DNA from: Psammoneis japonica | Lineage: Eukaryota | DNA length: 64,000 nt | Assembly: GCA_008632985.1 (NCBI GenBank) | Contig: QPGO01000102.1 | Coordinates: forward strand, 62,001-126,000 | Direction of reading: 5' to 3' | In this document: positions 25,828-40,155 of the stretch, one piece after another | Layout of the letters: every line of letters starts with the position of its first letter | Numbering within the stretch: position 1 is the first letter of the stretch | Position numbers and translations under genes: made by a program | The notes under the pieces: model-generated | Database searches by the model: none | What the model was told of the DNA's origin: nothing | The model's input: the letters and a program-made list of their open reading frames with translations, nothing else

Positions 25828-28304
25828 CTATAATAACTGATTCCTTTTCTCAGTCAGCTTCCTCTGACGCTCCTTTTCTCTATCGAAAACAGTCAGATCC
25901 ACCTCTTCATCTGGTAGGAACATGCCTTCGAAAATTTGCCCAGGATCTTCCGGAGTGGCAATGCATTCCTTGAGGATGCGAACATACTCTTGAACCGTCT
26001 CCTTGTAGATTGCTCCTTCTTCGAGCTCGGGCGACAACTTTTCGCGTTGCATGGCCAGATCCGTAGGACCAAACGTTTTGTTTTTGAATCGCATGGTACG
26101 AAAGGCATCGTCCAAAATGTGCCGCGCGACTCCGTTTTCTTCCAAATACGAGATATCGTTTGGATCCACAAACTGTTCCCAATTGTTGAGGCTGTCCAGC
26201 AGCTCTTCTTCGGTTCGACGAGGTCGTACCTCGCGCTTTTCGCCGCGCCGTTGTTTCTTGTCTCGGACAGCACGAAGACGGACAAGCGAAGTCCCAATTG
26301 TCGCTTCATCTCCCAACGCATCCAATACAGTTTGAGCCTCACCCATGAAATCAAAGCCGACAAAGGCTCGATCGGTCCTTAGTCCCTCGCAACACGTTAC
26401 GAATTCAACAGATCCCTCGACATCGCGTTCTTCGGCGCAATAGGGTTGAATCCACTCTGCAATGTCCTTTTTTGAAATGTTTTCGTCAAGGCCACTGAGC
26501 TCAATCACTTCATAGTGAGAAATGTAAAAGTCCTTGGAGGGCACGTCGCCACTTACAACCAGGCGGTCGCCTCTTTTGAACATTTCATGTGCGTTATTCG
26601 GGCCACTGAATCCGCTTGGCAGTAGCTCGCGCTTTGCCTTGAACAAATGAACGCGAGACTGGCCAAGCTCCTTGAGGCGGTCCTTGACCTTGGATGACTC
26701 TAGCGCCGCCGAGGCTTTTTCAGACGACTCGAAACGAATCAAGGCGGTCGTTGGAAAGGTCATTACAATATCTTCCTTGGAAAGAGGACCGTAAATGGAA
26801 CCAACCTCTGTATTGGCAGGAAACAACGTGTCGGCCAAACTCTCCTCGGTCGTTCCGACTGGTAGGTTGGAGACCTTTACAACGGTGGCTGGATCCTTAA
26901 CAAAGTTTCCGGTTTCCGTTTCGGAGTCATCAAGCTTGTCAATGGCAATTGGAATGCCCAGCATCTTTTTCGGACTCCCCACCTTGAGAAGCCTGTTTCG
27001 TTCCTCAATCGAATGGTACCCTACAAAGGCAGACGTCATGCTTGCCGGACTGATTTGCTCCGGCTTGACGTTGAGGAGACTTACAACCGCTTTGATAACC
27101 TCGTGACGATGTAGAGGATTGTCAAACTCCCCGGGCTCGTCGTCGACAATGACATGAGGGAGTCCAGTAACATACAGAAATCTCTTGTGGCTCTTGACAA
27201 AGTCTGGCTCGGGATTGATCCGATCTTGTGGGAATTCTGGCTTTGCCTCGCGCAAGCTCTCGGGGTGCATATTGAGGTTGTACCGCTTGACTTCGGCATA
27301 CTTTGTAGGGTGTTCTGCCATAGCTTGCAGGAAGCCATCCAAATTTTCCCCGTGATTCGCCAGTGGCAAGAGTTGGTTCACTTCTTCATCCGGTACATCT
27401 GGAAACGGATCTGAAAAGTCTGTAATGTCCCTGCAAAAGAAGGCTTCTTCAGGATTCACGTCAAAAGGAGAATCGTCGTCATCATCTCTTCTTCGGCCCC
27501 ATGCATATCCGGAAGATCCTCGTACAAACTGCTGGTATCTAGTTCTTCGTCGGAATCATAATCACCCCAATCGTCATCAAACTCGATAATGTATTGACCC
27601 TTTTCATTCTTGGAAACTTGAGGATGCCGTTCAAACTCCGCCAGAGACGGTCCCTCCAGTTCATCGTATTCAGTCTCTGAATCGTAGGCATCTTGTTCTT
27701 GATCACGCGCAGTGGTTGGCAATCTCGAACCGGCAGCGTACTGCACACGAACTCCGCGACCCGGTGGTGATGGCCTCTTTAGAGAAAGAGGTTGTCCGCT
27801 AGAAACAAACCCTTCCATCTCCTCTTCCTCTTCAGCCTCACCTTCACCTTGTGCAAGAACATCTCGTAAATGCTTGACTTCATCCGTTGATAAAACATCA
27901 TGCACCGCGTGGCCCTTGCCCTTGCGCCCTGCCAAACGAGGAATACCCGACGTGTGGCCCTTTTGCAATTCACCTCGAGCGGCTGGCTCCAGCACTTCTC
28001 GTGCAAAATTAGGTTTCTTTCCACCCAACTTGGCTTCGGCCGCACGGCGTTCACGAAACTTCTGAAACGAACCTGCGCCTCGGCCACCAAAGCCCCCTCG
28101 ACCTCCGGCTCCGCCACCGCGGCCAGCTCCTCGGCCTGCACCGCGACCGGCACCTCGATTAGACGAAGACATGTACCGTCGCTGTGTTTTGTTCTTTTCC
28201 TCAAAATCATAATCTAAAGACACTATGGGAGATATGGCCGATGCAAGTCGCCGGCTGGCAAACGAGGAGCGTGGTGCAGCGGGCAACATGGTCAACCGTA
28301 CCAT
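25828..28304 (-). CDS. RRM-like domain protein with putative mitochondrial presequence and RGG stretch; one frameshift near 27490
   Basis: Arg/Ser-rich N-terminus and RGAGRGAGRGG. ORFs 27456-28313 and 25828-27459 join as DDDDSPFDVNPEEAFF with one extra base. RRM-like segments LYVTGLP, VVKVSNLP, VIELSGL...RAFVGF. Confidence 0.65.
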
Positions 28305-28630
28305 AGCTAGCAAACGAATGAGAGTGCAGGTGCGTGATGTTGTTGGTTGTGACGATTGACGATGTGAAGTAAATGCACGTGAAACTCAGTACAACTTCTA
28401 CGTGAGAAACATCATGCTGAGATGAGAACGGGAATAAGAAAAATAAGGTATGGTCCCTAGCAAATGGAATAAAGCCATTGGGGCATTTGTTCTATTTTTG
28501 TGACGCTCCAGTGATGCGGCAATTCTGCTCTACCGCATCTCCAACGATGACCACATTGAACATCACCAGACGTCCTGGAAGAAACAGAAAGTGTGCAAGG
28601 GCAAGAAATCAATCAATGACAAACTCTCTA

Positions 28631-31200
28631 GACCTTGAGCACTCATTCAATTTGCATTTGTTCAATCTTCCGGCCACTGCTTCTTGATTGTCAGGGTCTG
28701 TGGTGTCTCCAAGAAGAAGGCCTCCTGCTCCTGTTGGAAGAAGAAGTCTTGACAATGTCAGGTCCATCAAGTGCAAGAATCTGCCATGTGCCGTTTGTCA
28801 TCAAATGCAGGCCTTCATGCATGGTGACAATGCAGAATGATTGCAAAAGAAAACAGACAGCCTGCAACAGTGCACATGGGAGGTGCTCGGCAAAAAAATG
28901 ACACTTCTTGTTTTTGCCAGCTGTGTGTTGGCTGATTTTGCTTTTCTCTCCACTTGCACTGAAGCTGCGCAAGTGTGCCCAAGACTGCGCCAGGTGTGGC
29001 TTCAATTGATGCCACACACAGAGAGAACAAGCCTTGGCCAATTCTCAGCTTTGAGCGCTTTGTTTCTGCACAGCTCAGCACACCATTGCTGCTGCTGCCC
29101 ACAAACAATCTCTTTCGTTGTCACTTGTTTGTGCCTTCAGCTGTTGTCTTCACCCATCTGGTGCATGCCCCCAGATGGGGTGTTGCTTCACATGCACGAC
29201 ACACATGAAGATGGACCACTTGCACAATGAAAGTTGCAGTGGCAGTCCACCATCTGTGCAGGGATTTTTGGTTGGGCTGGAGGTCGCGTTGACAGAGGAA
29301 AGTGCAAAAGTTGGTGACTCACCTCAGCCTCCTGTGAGCTGTTCCACCACAACACCCAAGACAGCTGCAGTGCATGCGTGCTGGTGGCACAGTGCAGGCC
29401 TCCAGAGCACACATTTTTAGCTGATTGTTTTGGTTGTGTTGGTGTGTTCTTGGGGGGCTGGATCACAGGTGGGGCCAACAAGTGGGGTGCTGGCAACCAA
29501 TGTTTGTGTCCAAGGAAGAAATCTTTGACAAAATTGCAGCACATCAGTGCAGAGTCACAGGCTGTCAGGCATTTCTTCCATGTTGAACAGCATCACAAAA
29601 CACAGTCAATGTTGGGATCAGTGTGCAAGGCCACCCAAACAGCAAAGATTGCACCATGAATGGCACTTCATGGACTCCATTGTGGAAGCACAGACAGCCT
29701 TCATTTAAAAAAAATGGGGCTCACAACAGCTTTGATTTGAGTCCCTTCACTGCATGCATCAACAGCCCATTGGGTGCAACTGACAGTTTTTCCCCCTTTC
29801 CTGACAAGTGTCATTTTTGGGTTGTGCAGCTCAATTCACTTCATGATGCAAGTGAGCTTCAAGCCCACCCCACAACATCAATGGAGTCAACTGGTCAAGC
29901 TCCTCTTGCACCAGGCTCCTGACAAAGTTGCCGATTGAATTGTTGGTTTCGTCTCTTGAGAATTGAGCCAGAGGTCATTGCCTTCCCAACATTTTGTGTG
30001 TGCTTGCACCCCAGCAGCCCATGCTTGCCCACTGCCCACTTCCCATGAAGAAAAATGTCTCAGAAGTTCAGGCAGAGGGAGCCAGAGCAAGACCAGCTTG
30101 AGGAGTGATGAACAAATGTGGGAGAGTGTTGCTTGCCCTTGAGGTCAGATTGATGTGTTTTCATCCCAGGTGAGAAGAACCTTTTGAACACATCACCAGG
30201 TTTTCTGCACATTTCCATGTGACGTGCACTTTCAGTGCCAAATCTGTGTGACAAAATTGAGCTCCATGGCAAAAACACAAAACACGCACACCACCACACA
30301 GACCTTGAAGACATCGAGACCAGCAAGTGGCTGCCAAATTCTTGCAGTGCTGATGATGGAGGGCAGCCTGCAGGAAGGGTGTGCGCGTGTTGGAAGCTGA
30401 GCATGCTCCTGCGAGCATGTCCCTTTTTCACACCAGCCAGTTGTTTTTTGTTGTGACCAAAATGAGGCTCTCCAACAAAGTTGGCTCATCAAAGCTGCCA
30501 ACAGGCAAAGATGCACACATGCCGCAGCATTGAACTTGTGCCACTGTGCAGCCACATCTGCAATTTTCTGAGAATGGCAGTGGTGAATGGTGGGAAAGAT
30601 GCCCAGGATGTGACAAATTGCCGGCGGCTGTTCTTGGAGACACTCTCAACAAAAAATGGTGTTGGCAAAACTTGGGCTGCTGCCCCGTGCTCTCAATGGA
30701 AACATGATGGGTGAGAAAAGGAAAGCCAGCCCTGGTCAAGTGAAGGGCAGCTCCACATCCTTGGCTCAACAACCAACACATGGCCAGCCAGTTGGTGGAG
30801 CTCAGAGTTGATCCAGGCAGCGGCAGCACTCATCCTCTCATTGGATTCTTTGACGTTGGCCAAACAAGAGCTTTTTGGATTGAGCAGCAAAGCCTGCTGC
30901 TGTCTCATGTGTGCAACCTCTCCCACGGGCTTGTCTGAGGAAGCAGTGTCAGCCACTTCAGACAAAGATGAGACAATCAAACAGCTCGCAGCGGGTGCCA
31001 GTCGTGGAAAGGTTTGGGCACTATTTCCATTGAGCAGGTGATGCCACCTCCAGCAGGGCAGCAGCACCAGCGGGTGGTCAAGAAATTCAAAGGCACGTCC
31101 CGACAATGAGATGATCTGCAAAAATCACCTCATCGGGAAGCACTGTGACATTGCTGAGGTGGGTGAGAGGATGAAAGGCATCAAAACACTTTGATGGTTC
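28631..31200. other. TpA-depleted hypermutated island 2 (degenerate element, origin unidentified)
   Basis: Manual read finds two TA (TTAG ~29418, TTAA ~29706) between 28631 and 31021; CpG is also scarce. Confidence 0.85.
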
Positions 31201-31381
31201 AACTACACGCTGGACTGTTGTCCTCGTCAAAGACACACCATAAAAGTTGAATTCTTTCTAAATAATGGTTTACTCCTCATCAAGAACTCTAGAGAGAAAA
31301 ATGTACGACTAAGCCACCTCGAGTGAGACGGCAAAACACGAATGTCGAAGAACAGTACAGCAAGCCAAAGCGAAGGAGAAT

Positions 31382-34300
31382 CTACCAAACCTCTTGCTGA
31401 GCACGACCGTGGATAAACATATCCTCCATAACAGCAGTCGCGGCTTCTATTTCAGATGGATCTTCGCTCGCGTCGGAAAAGCTCTTGACAAGGGCGTCCT
31501 GGAGTGGTTTGGGCAGGTTCCGGTTGCCGCAAACATAAAGCATGCCGTTGGTACGTTCACGCAACAGACGACGGGCATCATCGGTGATGGCGACCAAATC
31601 CTGCACGTATATCTTCTTCTCGGGGTTGTCCCGACTAAATGCAGTATGCAAACTGAACCAGCTGCCATACTTTTCCTGCAGAGCTTCGAGCTCAGACCTG
31701 TAGAGGAATTCTGTTGCCTCGAAACGGTTGCCAAAAAAGAGAGAGAATGGGGTAACGTCCTCGCCTTGCTCAGCAGCATGGACACGGTCACGAAGGAACG
31801 CCAAATGCGGTGCAAGGCCGCTACCGATACCGGCGCACACAACGGGCTGATCCACAGTTGGTGGCTCCATACTTCCTGGCTTAATCCGCACCCATAGACG
31901 ATCACCAGTCTCTAACTGACGGAGCATGTCACACGTCAGACCATAACGCATTCCGTCATCGCACCACCAAGTATCGATCAATATACAGAGCTCAATGTAG
32001 TCCTTGCTAGCGTTTGGCGAACTGGCAATAGAGTAGGCACGAGGTTTGATCAATGGAATCATCGCAAGAAGGGCTGGTAGAGGCGGGCGCGCTGTCTCGA
32101 ATCGGAGCAATGCATCGGCAACCGTAATGCCATTAGCCTTTGCTTCTTTCTTCAAAAAACTCGGATCCAACATTGTCTTCCGCTGTTCTGGATCGGTCTC
32201 GAAGGTTGCAAGTTGCTGCATAAAGTGAGTGCTTGGCTTCCCGAACAGATCGAGAACACTGGTAAAGAGGCAGCCCAGAGAAACGTCTCCATCAATTCCC
32301 CAGGCGTGAATGTTGACGACGGTACGTTCGTCATAGTCCGCAGAGTACTCCGCCAAAAAGTCCGAAACGCGTTGCGGGTCGTTTCGAGGGAAGATTTCGA
32401 GCGCGTCGCCGACTTCGTAGTCAAGGTCTTTGGCGATCTTGATGTTACGGAAGTCTCTTCCGTAGTCCTCGGGGCACATCTTTTCGTTGCTAAGAATCTC
32501 AGATGACAAGGCCCTTACACCCTCGGACGTAAAGTATTGGTTCTCGATCTGCTGGTCCTCGACTGCAAGCAGAATTGCACGAGGCGAAAACGCAACCTTG
32601 ATCGGCGTAATGTGCGGGACCTCTTTGGGGGGAGGGATGTCAAGCGCGGGCCAGACGCCGTCAAGCCACTCGTGGAGTCCTTGTTCCTTGCCTTCTTCCG
32701 CCGAATCGTCGCCAGTTCCCATGGGGAGTAAGCTTTTTGCACCCAACTCCAACATCTTGTCCTCCACATCTTTGGCTGCCTTGCAAAAGAAGTAATAACT
32801 CGAATCGCCGAGTCCCATCATCATGAAGGATGTGCCTTCCGAAAAAGGCTCTGCTCGCGCACAAAGTTCAGCGTAGAAGCGCTTGCCATTCTGAGGCATA
32901 GCGCCTTGTCCACAGGTCGCAACGAAAAACACTGTGGTCTTTCCATCAATGTCATCGACATCTATATCGTCCATTGCATCAGCACAAGGCGCCAATGGAC
33001 AGGCGTCCGCAAAGTCTCGAGCGAGGTGTGCAGCATTACCCGTTTCCGATGCAAATAACACCTTCACGGACGCGTCCTCCTCGGCACCAAATGACTTGTA
33101 CCCGGCCGCGAGCTGCTTCAAGTGTTCCATGCGGTGGTGGACGTCGGTATTCAACTTGCCAAAGAGCTCGTCAGCAATGGCCGGATTCCTCCTCTTGAGA
33201 TTAATGAAACGGCCTTCGCGTTTCAGGAATGTAGTGATCTCCTTGCGAAGTTTCTTACTGTCCAGAATGAACGGATTCTTTCCCTCCTTGACGAGTGCGG
33301 GGTTGTAGCGGTACAATGGCCAGTACCCACTGTCGACGGCGAATCTGCATTCGTCTAGCATATCGGTCATTCCACGAGGCCGGATCTGCTGTTGGATACA
33401 CGGAGCGTACGCAATGACAATGGATGGGCCATTGAATTGATCGGCTTCGACGATGGCTTGCAGAGTCTGCGCCTGCTGAGAGAGCGCCACAGATGCAACA
33501 TAGACGTGCTCGTACGTCATGAAGATTTCTCCAAGGTTCTTCTTGGCCTGTTCTTTGCCGCCCATGGCGAACCTAGCAGTCGCACCGGATGGTGTTGCCT
33601 TGGACTGCTGTCCGCCCGTGTTGCTATACATTTCTGTATCGACAATGAGAATGTTCACGTCGTTTGCGGCAAATGCACCCACGTGGTCGAGACCACCGTA
33701 GTCAATATCATAGGCCCAGCCGTCACCTCCGACGATCCAATGAGAAAGCTTTGGGAACGCATCTCGCTCGGCCCAAATGTCTGCAAGAAGTGCTTCCTCT
33801 GTCGACGAGTGTCCAGACTGTCCCTCCGGGAGAAGTGCAGTAAAGAGCGGCTTCATCTTGTCAAACAGCAAAGTGCATTTGTCACTCTTCTCGTCACGAG
33901 CATCAAGCCAATCATGGAAAAGAGACAAGAGAGAGTTCTCGTCGTCGCTCCGCGTAGATGCCTCACGGAGTTCTGCGTGGTGCACATAGTCTTGAACATG
34001 CTTTATGAGACGCTCCCGTCGATGCGCGCTACCAGAGAACATGCCGAATCCGAATTCCGCGTTATCCTCGAACAAAGAGTTTGCCCAGGCTGGACCGCGT
34101 CCCGTCGATTTCGAAACCGTGTAGGGATTGGAAGGAAACGATCCACCCCAAATGGTGCTGCAACCGGTGGCGTTGGCAATAACCATGCGTTCACCAAACA
34201 ACTGGGTCAACAATTTGAAATAAGGCGTCTCACCGCAACCCGAACAGGCTCCAGAAAACTCCATAAGCGGCGTCTGAAACTGCGAGCCCTTGACAGTTGA

Positions 34301-36977
34301 CTTTTCTACCAAGTCCCCGCGTTCCGGAAGATTCATGGCATACTCCCAATTCTTCTCTCCGTGTGGAAGGGCTTCCTTAATCGTACCCATTTTGAGAGCC
34401 TTTGGATTTTCTGGGCAGGCTTCCACGCAAGCGTTGCAACCGGTGCAATCTAGGACTGACACACGCAATGCGTACCGCTTTCCCACCAATTCAGGTCCGG
34501 CTGCCTTGAGCGTAGCAAAGTCTTGTGGGTATGGAGCACCCGTCGCTTCGTCTTTGGTAACGACAAACGGACGAATGGCAGCATGCGGACAACAAAAACG
34601 CACTGATTACACTGCGTGCACGAGTTGGGTTCCCACTTTGGAATTGCACCGTTGGGATTGGGATTCCTCTTTTCATATGCGGTTGTTCCTGGGATCATCA
34701 CGCCACCAATCACGTCATTTTCCAAAAAGGTGGAAACCGGAATGTCATCACCCTCGAGCCTCGACACGGGCTTGACAACTTCGTTCATGAACTTCTTGGT
34801 CTTGACGTCTTCAATCAAGTCAATGTGGCGACTCAGCTGGGAGCGGTCTTCGCTTGATAATGATCGCCACTTGGCGGGAACAGTGATTTGAATCATGGCT
34901 TCGGGATCCGCCACGACGGCATCGAGAATCTCGATATTCTTGCGCACCACATCATCTCCCTTGGAAGAGTACGTCTTGACAATGGCGTTCTTGAGGAGCG
35001 CCACGGCATCTTCCAACGGTAGGACCTTTGATAGTGTAAAGAAGGCGCACATGCAAATCACGTTAATACGGTTGGGCAGTCCATGCGCTGCCGCCACACC
35101 CGCTGCGTCCATAACGTAGAACTGAGCTCGACGAAGAGCCAGTACTCGAAGAATCTTGGGAGAAACCAAGGCCTGCAAGGCCTCCATTCGTTTCTCGGGG
35201 TCCTTGATGGAAGCCACACTCGTATTGAGGAAGAAGGTGCCTCCTCGCTTCAAGAACCGAACCACATCAAATCTACCGCCCTGTACATAGGACTCGTTGT
35301 GGCAAGCTACATATCCAGCCTGACCGTCTTCGACACGGAACGGGGCTTCGACTGGATGGTTTGGTGAGAAGCGCAAGTGGGACACAGTCCAACCACTGCT
35401 CTTCTTGGCGTCGTATTCAAAGTAAGCTTGAACCGACATGTCTTCGTGGTAGCCACCAATAATCTTGATGGCTTCCTTGTTTGCTCCAACACTGCCGTCA
35501 CTACCGAATCCCCAAAAGACGCATTGACTGACGCTATCGTCAAGCGAGGAAATGGGTCTACCCATGGGTAGCGAGAGGTTGGTCACGTCGTCATCAATAC
35601 CAACCGTAAAGGGCCTCTGAATGTCGGCCACATCTCGGCGGAGCATATTGTGAATGACAGCCTCCACCATTCTCGGTGTAAAATCCTTGCTACCGAGGCC
35701 ATAGCGACCACCGGCAACAATCACGTCGGTGCGGCCCTTGCGCATGAGCGATGTGGCCACATCGAGATAGAGCGGCTCGCCTTGAGAACCACCTTCACGA
35801 GTCCTGTCCAAGACAGCCACGCGAGTGACAGACTCGGGTAGTGCGTCACAAAAGTACTCAAAGCTCCAGGGACGAAAGAGCCTGACCCCGATGAGGCAGA
35901 CTTGCTCTCGTTTGAGGTGCTGCAAGGTGTTATCCACCACCTTGACAGACGAACCCATTGTAATTATGGCTACTGTTGGCTGGGTGGTTCCATAGTAGCG
36001 ATATTCAAAGGCATGGTACTCTCTGCCACATACGCGGCGAAAGTCGTCCATGGCCTCCTTGAAAATGCCGTCCACCTCGTCATAGTATTTGTTGCTCGAC
36101 TCTACCATTTGCATAAAGACGTCTGGTGCCTGAGCTGTACCACGTTGGCTATGCAGAGAGAGAATGGGAGAGAAGCACGATTGCGTGTCAGAATAATTAT
36201 TGATAAAACACGACAGAAAACGCGAACCGCGACTTACTGTGGATGCATCGGCGACAAGGCGCGACTCTTGTGTTCTTCGATTTTATCCCACGGCATGAGT
36301 TCTCGAAGCTGTTCGTCACTAACAATAGATATCTTGTTGATTTCGTGTGATGTTCTGAATCCATCCATAAAGTGAAGGAACGGGACTCGTGACTTGAGAG
36401 ACGCCACCTGCGAGATGACGGCCATGTCGTGAGCTTCCTGAACGCTGAAGGACGAAACCATGGCGAGTCCACAGCCTCTGACCAGCATAGTGTCGCTGTG
36501 ATCGCCATAGATAGACAGAGCTTGTCCAGCGAGAGCTCTTGATGCCACGTGAATGACTGTAGGAAGCAGTTCTCCGGCAATCTTGTATAAATTGGGAATG
36601 TAAAGCAACAGTCCTTGGGAGGCGGTAAAGGTCGTTGCGAGACACCCGCTTACGAGCGCTCCGTGAAGAGCTCCGGCGGCTCCTCCTTCACTCTGCATCT
36701 CACACACCTTGAGGTCTTGGCCCCACAGATTCTTCTTGTGCTGCGCGGCCCATTCGTCAACCATTTCTCCCATGTTGGACGACGGAGTAATGGGGAAAAT
36801 GTAGGCGACATCGTTCATTCTGTATGCGGCATATGCGACCGCTGTGTTTCCGTCAACACACTTTTTCACTTGAGGATCCGGTACTAACATTGTCTTGTCT
36901 TTTGGTGCAGGCTTTGTGCCCCCTTTGGAGTCTTTACGGAGGTTCTCCTGCGATCCCGTTTGAGGGTTTGCTTTCAT
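31382..36977 (-). CDS. PNO: Pyruvate:NADP+ oxidoreductase (PFOR fused to flavodoxin and FAD/NADPH cytochrome-P450-reductase-like domains)
   Basis: DGNTAVAY, IFPITPSS, EMQSEGGAAGALHG, FTASQGLLL, GGRYGLGSKDF, GFGSDGSVGANK, two [4Fe-4S] motifs (CTQCNQC..CP, CTGCNACVEACP), FSGACSGCGE, GGDGWAYDIDYGG, then FASETGNA, ATCGQG, RAYSIASS, GSGLAP, YVQD, ending QEVW. Intron 36237-36149; one base missing at ~34594-34598. Confidence 0.95.
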
Positions 36978-37782
36978 CGTGATGGGTCTTCCGATGTCTT
37001 GTTTTGTTTTTTTTTGTTGTGAGAAAAGAACGACAGGCGATGCGAGAAGAGGGCGGTGTTCTCGTTCGGCGAAAGATACGATTCGTTGTATACTGTTCAC
37101 GTAGAATTCTACGCAGGAATGAAACTCCGCGAATCTGCATCGGCATGTTCGAGGGGTTCTCATTTTGCCTTTCTCTCATCGAAGATGACGTTTGTAGCGA
37201 ATTACAACCGTTAAAGACGTTACAGATCAGTACAAACATACTGCTAAAATAATCGCAAAAGACTTGCAGTTGAAGCTCACGTGACATCATCAACTATTAG
37301 GAAGAATGCCTTCGAAGCCACCGCTTCTGCTCTTCACATTTTCACTCTTGCTTCTGTTTGTCCGATGAGAACAGCTTCGGATGTGTGGCTCTGAGGAGGA
37401 ATGGTCAGTCACTGCCGGTAGGCTAGCTAGTAGTAGTCAGTCGGGCAATCGACACTTCAATCCCAACTTGTCACACGCTCTCTCGAGGCCAACGACCGAT
37501 AAGGATAGGTCCCACTTCTGCATTCTCAGTTTAACAAAAGAACCCACCATTAATTCACACAGCTTGATTAATTTCCAATACCACAGACAACTCGTAGTCA
37601 CAAAGGAAATCTTTCGCTCATTCGAACTGCCTCGGACCTAAGCGACAAGCCAACATCTTTTCCGTCGGCGTATCAACAGCCAAATTGCCTCTGCGACAGC
37701 AATAGCTTCATACTCCACTTCATCTCTGTCTCTCCGGCAGAAACACGTTTATCAAACTTAAAGACTCCTTCGAGGATCAGTA

Positions 37783-40155
37783 TCAGTACGCAAGTCGAGC
37801 TTCTCCCGTCTCAATCACTCGCCTACTCTCAATCCATTCCATAATGTCAAAATCAACCGTACCTCCAACATCTCGAGGAAGCATGTCCTCCAGGATTCCA
37901 TACTGGGCAAGCTCCTCCAAGATCCTGTCATCTGGAACTTCATGCATTATTGTTCGAAGCCGCAGGTCCTTCCCTTTTACGGCCCTTGACGAGGACACGA
38001 GAGCTCCCAATACCTCTTGAGCAAAGCACAAACCGTGGTCAGCATTCACCTTCAAAGGCCAGCAATCCTTGGACAGTCTTTGAAACGAAGCAATCAATTC
38101 GCCGTCCAAGTGCCAGAGAGCCGCATTTTTAAAGTAGCCAATGCGGACGGCACCCTTGTGTTGTGTATCCCGTTGGATTGCAACTTCCATTACATACCAA
38201 ATTGCACGAATCTGCAAAAAAGAAGATAATCCACGACATGCTCAGTAAGGCTATCGACCAGCACACGTAGATAAGGCATACAGTAGCTCCGAAACGTACC
38301 ATGCTTTCCCTGGTGTAACCTTCCCCGGTATGGTTAGCAACATTGAACCAGAGTAATTGTCGTCCAGACGCGTCTGTCTGAGGAAGCAAACACGCGTGGC
38401 CGGTACCTAATGCAGCAAAGTCATCACGCAATGCCCCGTCAAGTGTCATTGGTAAATGATACTTGTCGTCCCCAAACGTTTGTCTTCGGCACTCCCAGTA
38501 CTTCACGAAACGCTCTGCCGCGCTCTATGTGAGATGTATTGAAACAATTCGTCAAAGGCGCTTTAGCAGGGATAGTAAATGCGAATCAGCAAGCGACAAC
38601 AGCTTTCAACCATACTCACTTTGGGATTACAGTCGGCAAATCGAAGAAATCGTTCCAATCTCGTGTCGCTAAATTCTTCAGGAGAGCACTTTGATTGTAC
38701 GTTTAGAAGTGCAATCTTATCATCCTTAGGAATCAAGTCAATCTCACGCTTCATCAAATTTACAGTATTCAAGATGTCGTCCTTCGCGTGCTTGTCCCTG
38801 TGAGAGTCAACGGTGCAGTAATTTCCAAACATGTCAGTAAGAACTTCCACTTTCTCGTCTTCTGTCAGCATCACCCGTTCTGTTTGTTCTTCAACGGATA
38901 TTACCAGCGCCCTGTCGACGCTTTCTGCGTAGATATCCAGTATTTCCTTTTGTTCTTTGGAAAACTGGACAGTTTGTGCAGGCATAGATTCTGATTTCGA
39001 TTCGTTGTCGACTGGTCGAGCTCTCTTCGATGATGATGCAACTGTTGCATTTTCTTCTGGCACTGAGTCCATTGGGGTGACTTCAGAATGGGAGACGCCC
39101 GGCTCCTGAGGACCACGTCCAAACATGCGGCAAATGAGAAACGAAACGTCAGCATCGAATGGACTGGAGAGTCAACGCGCACACACACCAAGTAGCTTAC
39201 CGAGTCAGTACCTCCAGGAGAGGGAGTCGAACGTCTGCTTTTATCTCGAAGAGCGTGAAGGCATTTCTTGAGTGCCTTTTCTTCGCTAGCGTCTTCATAG
39301 TATGGAACGCCCGTTGTGCTTTCAGATTTCATGAGGCGAAATTTTCCGCCACTATCAAGAACTTGATTGAGAACCTGCCATGCAATTCTGTTCTTTTCTT
39401 CATTTGTCTTGGCACTGAAATATTCTGGCTTTCTTGCGTCTATGAGGCGACGAAACCTCCGATTTCCTTTGTAATCATTCACCCTCGGTCCTCGACCCAA
39501 CAACACATCATTCGGGTTCAAGGTATTTGCATCTTCACGACTCGCCTTGAAAGGATCGATATCCTTGGGCGTAACAGGACCAAGGACCGCTGATTTCCGA
39601 ATACGTTCCTCCACGGCCTATCGTAATGAAATAAAACGAAAGATTGAGCTATCTTTGTGGTACACACATCAAGAGAGATCAAATTTCATCATGATAGCAA
39701 CGTACTTCGTCAAAGTATTGAGGAGGAAGAGCATTAACACGCTTCTTCTCTCTTAGAGCATGACGACATTTGTTGAGCGCTGCTTGGATGCCCACATCCT
39801 CGTAAACCACTTTACTACCACTGCCCACGGCGTTATTCACCTGCAGAAAACGCCCAACGCCTCCCAGAACCTGGTTAAGCACTTGTCTCGCAACATCCAG
39901 CTTTTCTTCGTTCGACTCGGCACGTAGGTACTCGTCCTTTCTCTGTTCGACGAGCCAGCGAAAGCGACGATTTCCGCTATAGTCATTCGCCCCCGATCCT
40001 CGGCCCAGGAGAACATCGTTTGGATTTAATTCGGTTATCAAGTCTGGCGAACTCTGCGCACTGCAATCGGAAGGCCATTCCATGCCGTCGCTGGAATCGT
40101 TGGAAATGCATCCGTCTTTCTTTGTATCGGACTCGTGATTATTGTTACACATCAT
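37783..40155 (-). CDS. Protein with two DUF6824-type domains and a CRAL-TRIO/Sec14-like lipid-binding domain; 5 exons
   Basis: Exons 40155-39706, 39617-39201, 39105-38620, 38524-38300, 38211-37783 (all phase 0, GT-AG). Two PNDVLLGRG..N.Y.GNRRFR..G.F motifs; ERFLRFADCNPKSAAERFVKYWECRRQTFG and YGILEDMLPRDVGG. Confidence 0.85.

Noticed and set aside
29380..29900. Ulp1-protease-like remnant in island 2
   Set aside because: Resemblance is too faint after mutation to support without a back-mutated profile search.
34585..34605. Programmed -1 frameshift in PNO at GTTTTTGTT
   Set aside because: Similar single-base losses break many unrelated genes here (near 1325, 4515, 27490, 44440, 51135-51200, 56390 and throughout the TBC gene), so long-read homopolymer error is far more parsimonious.
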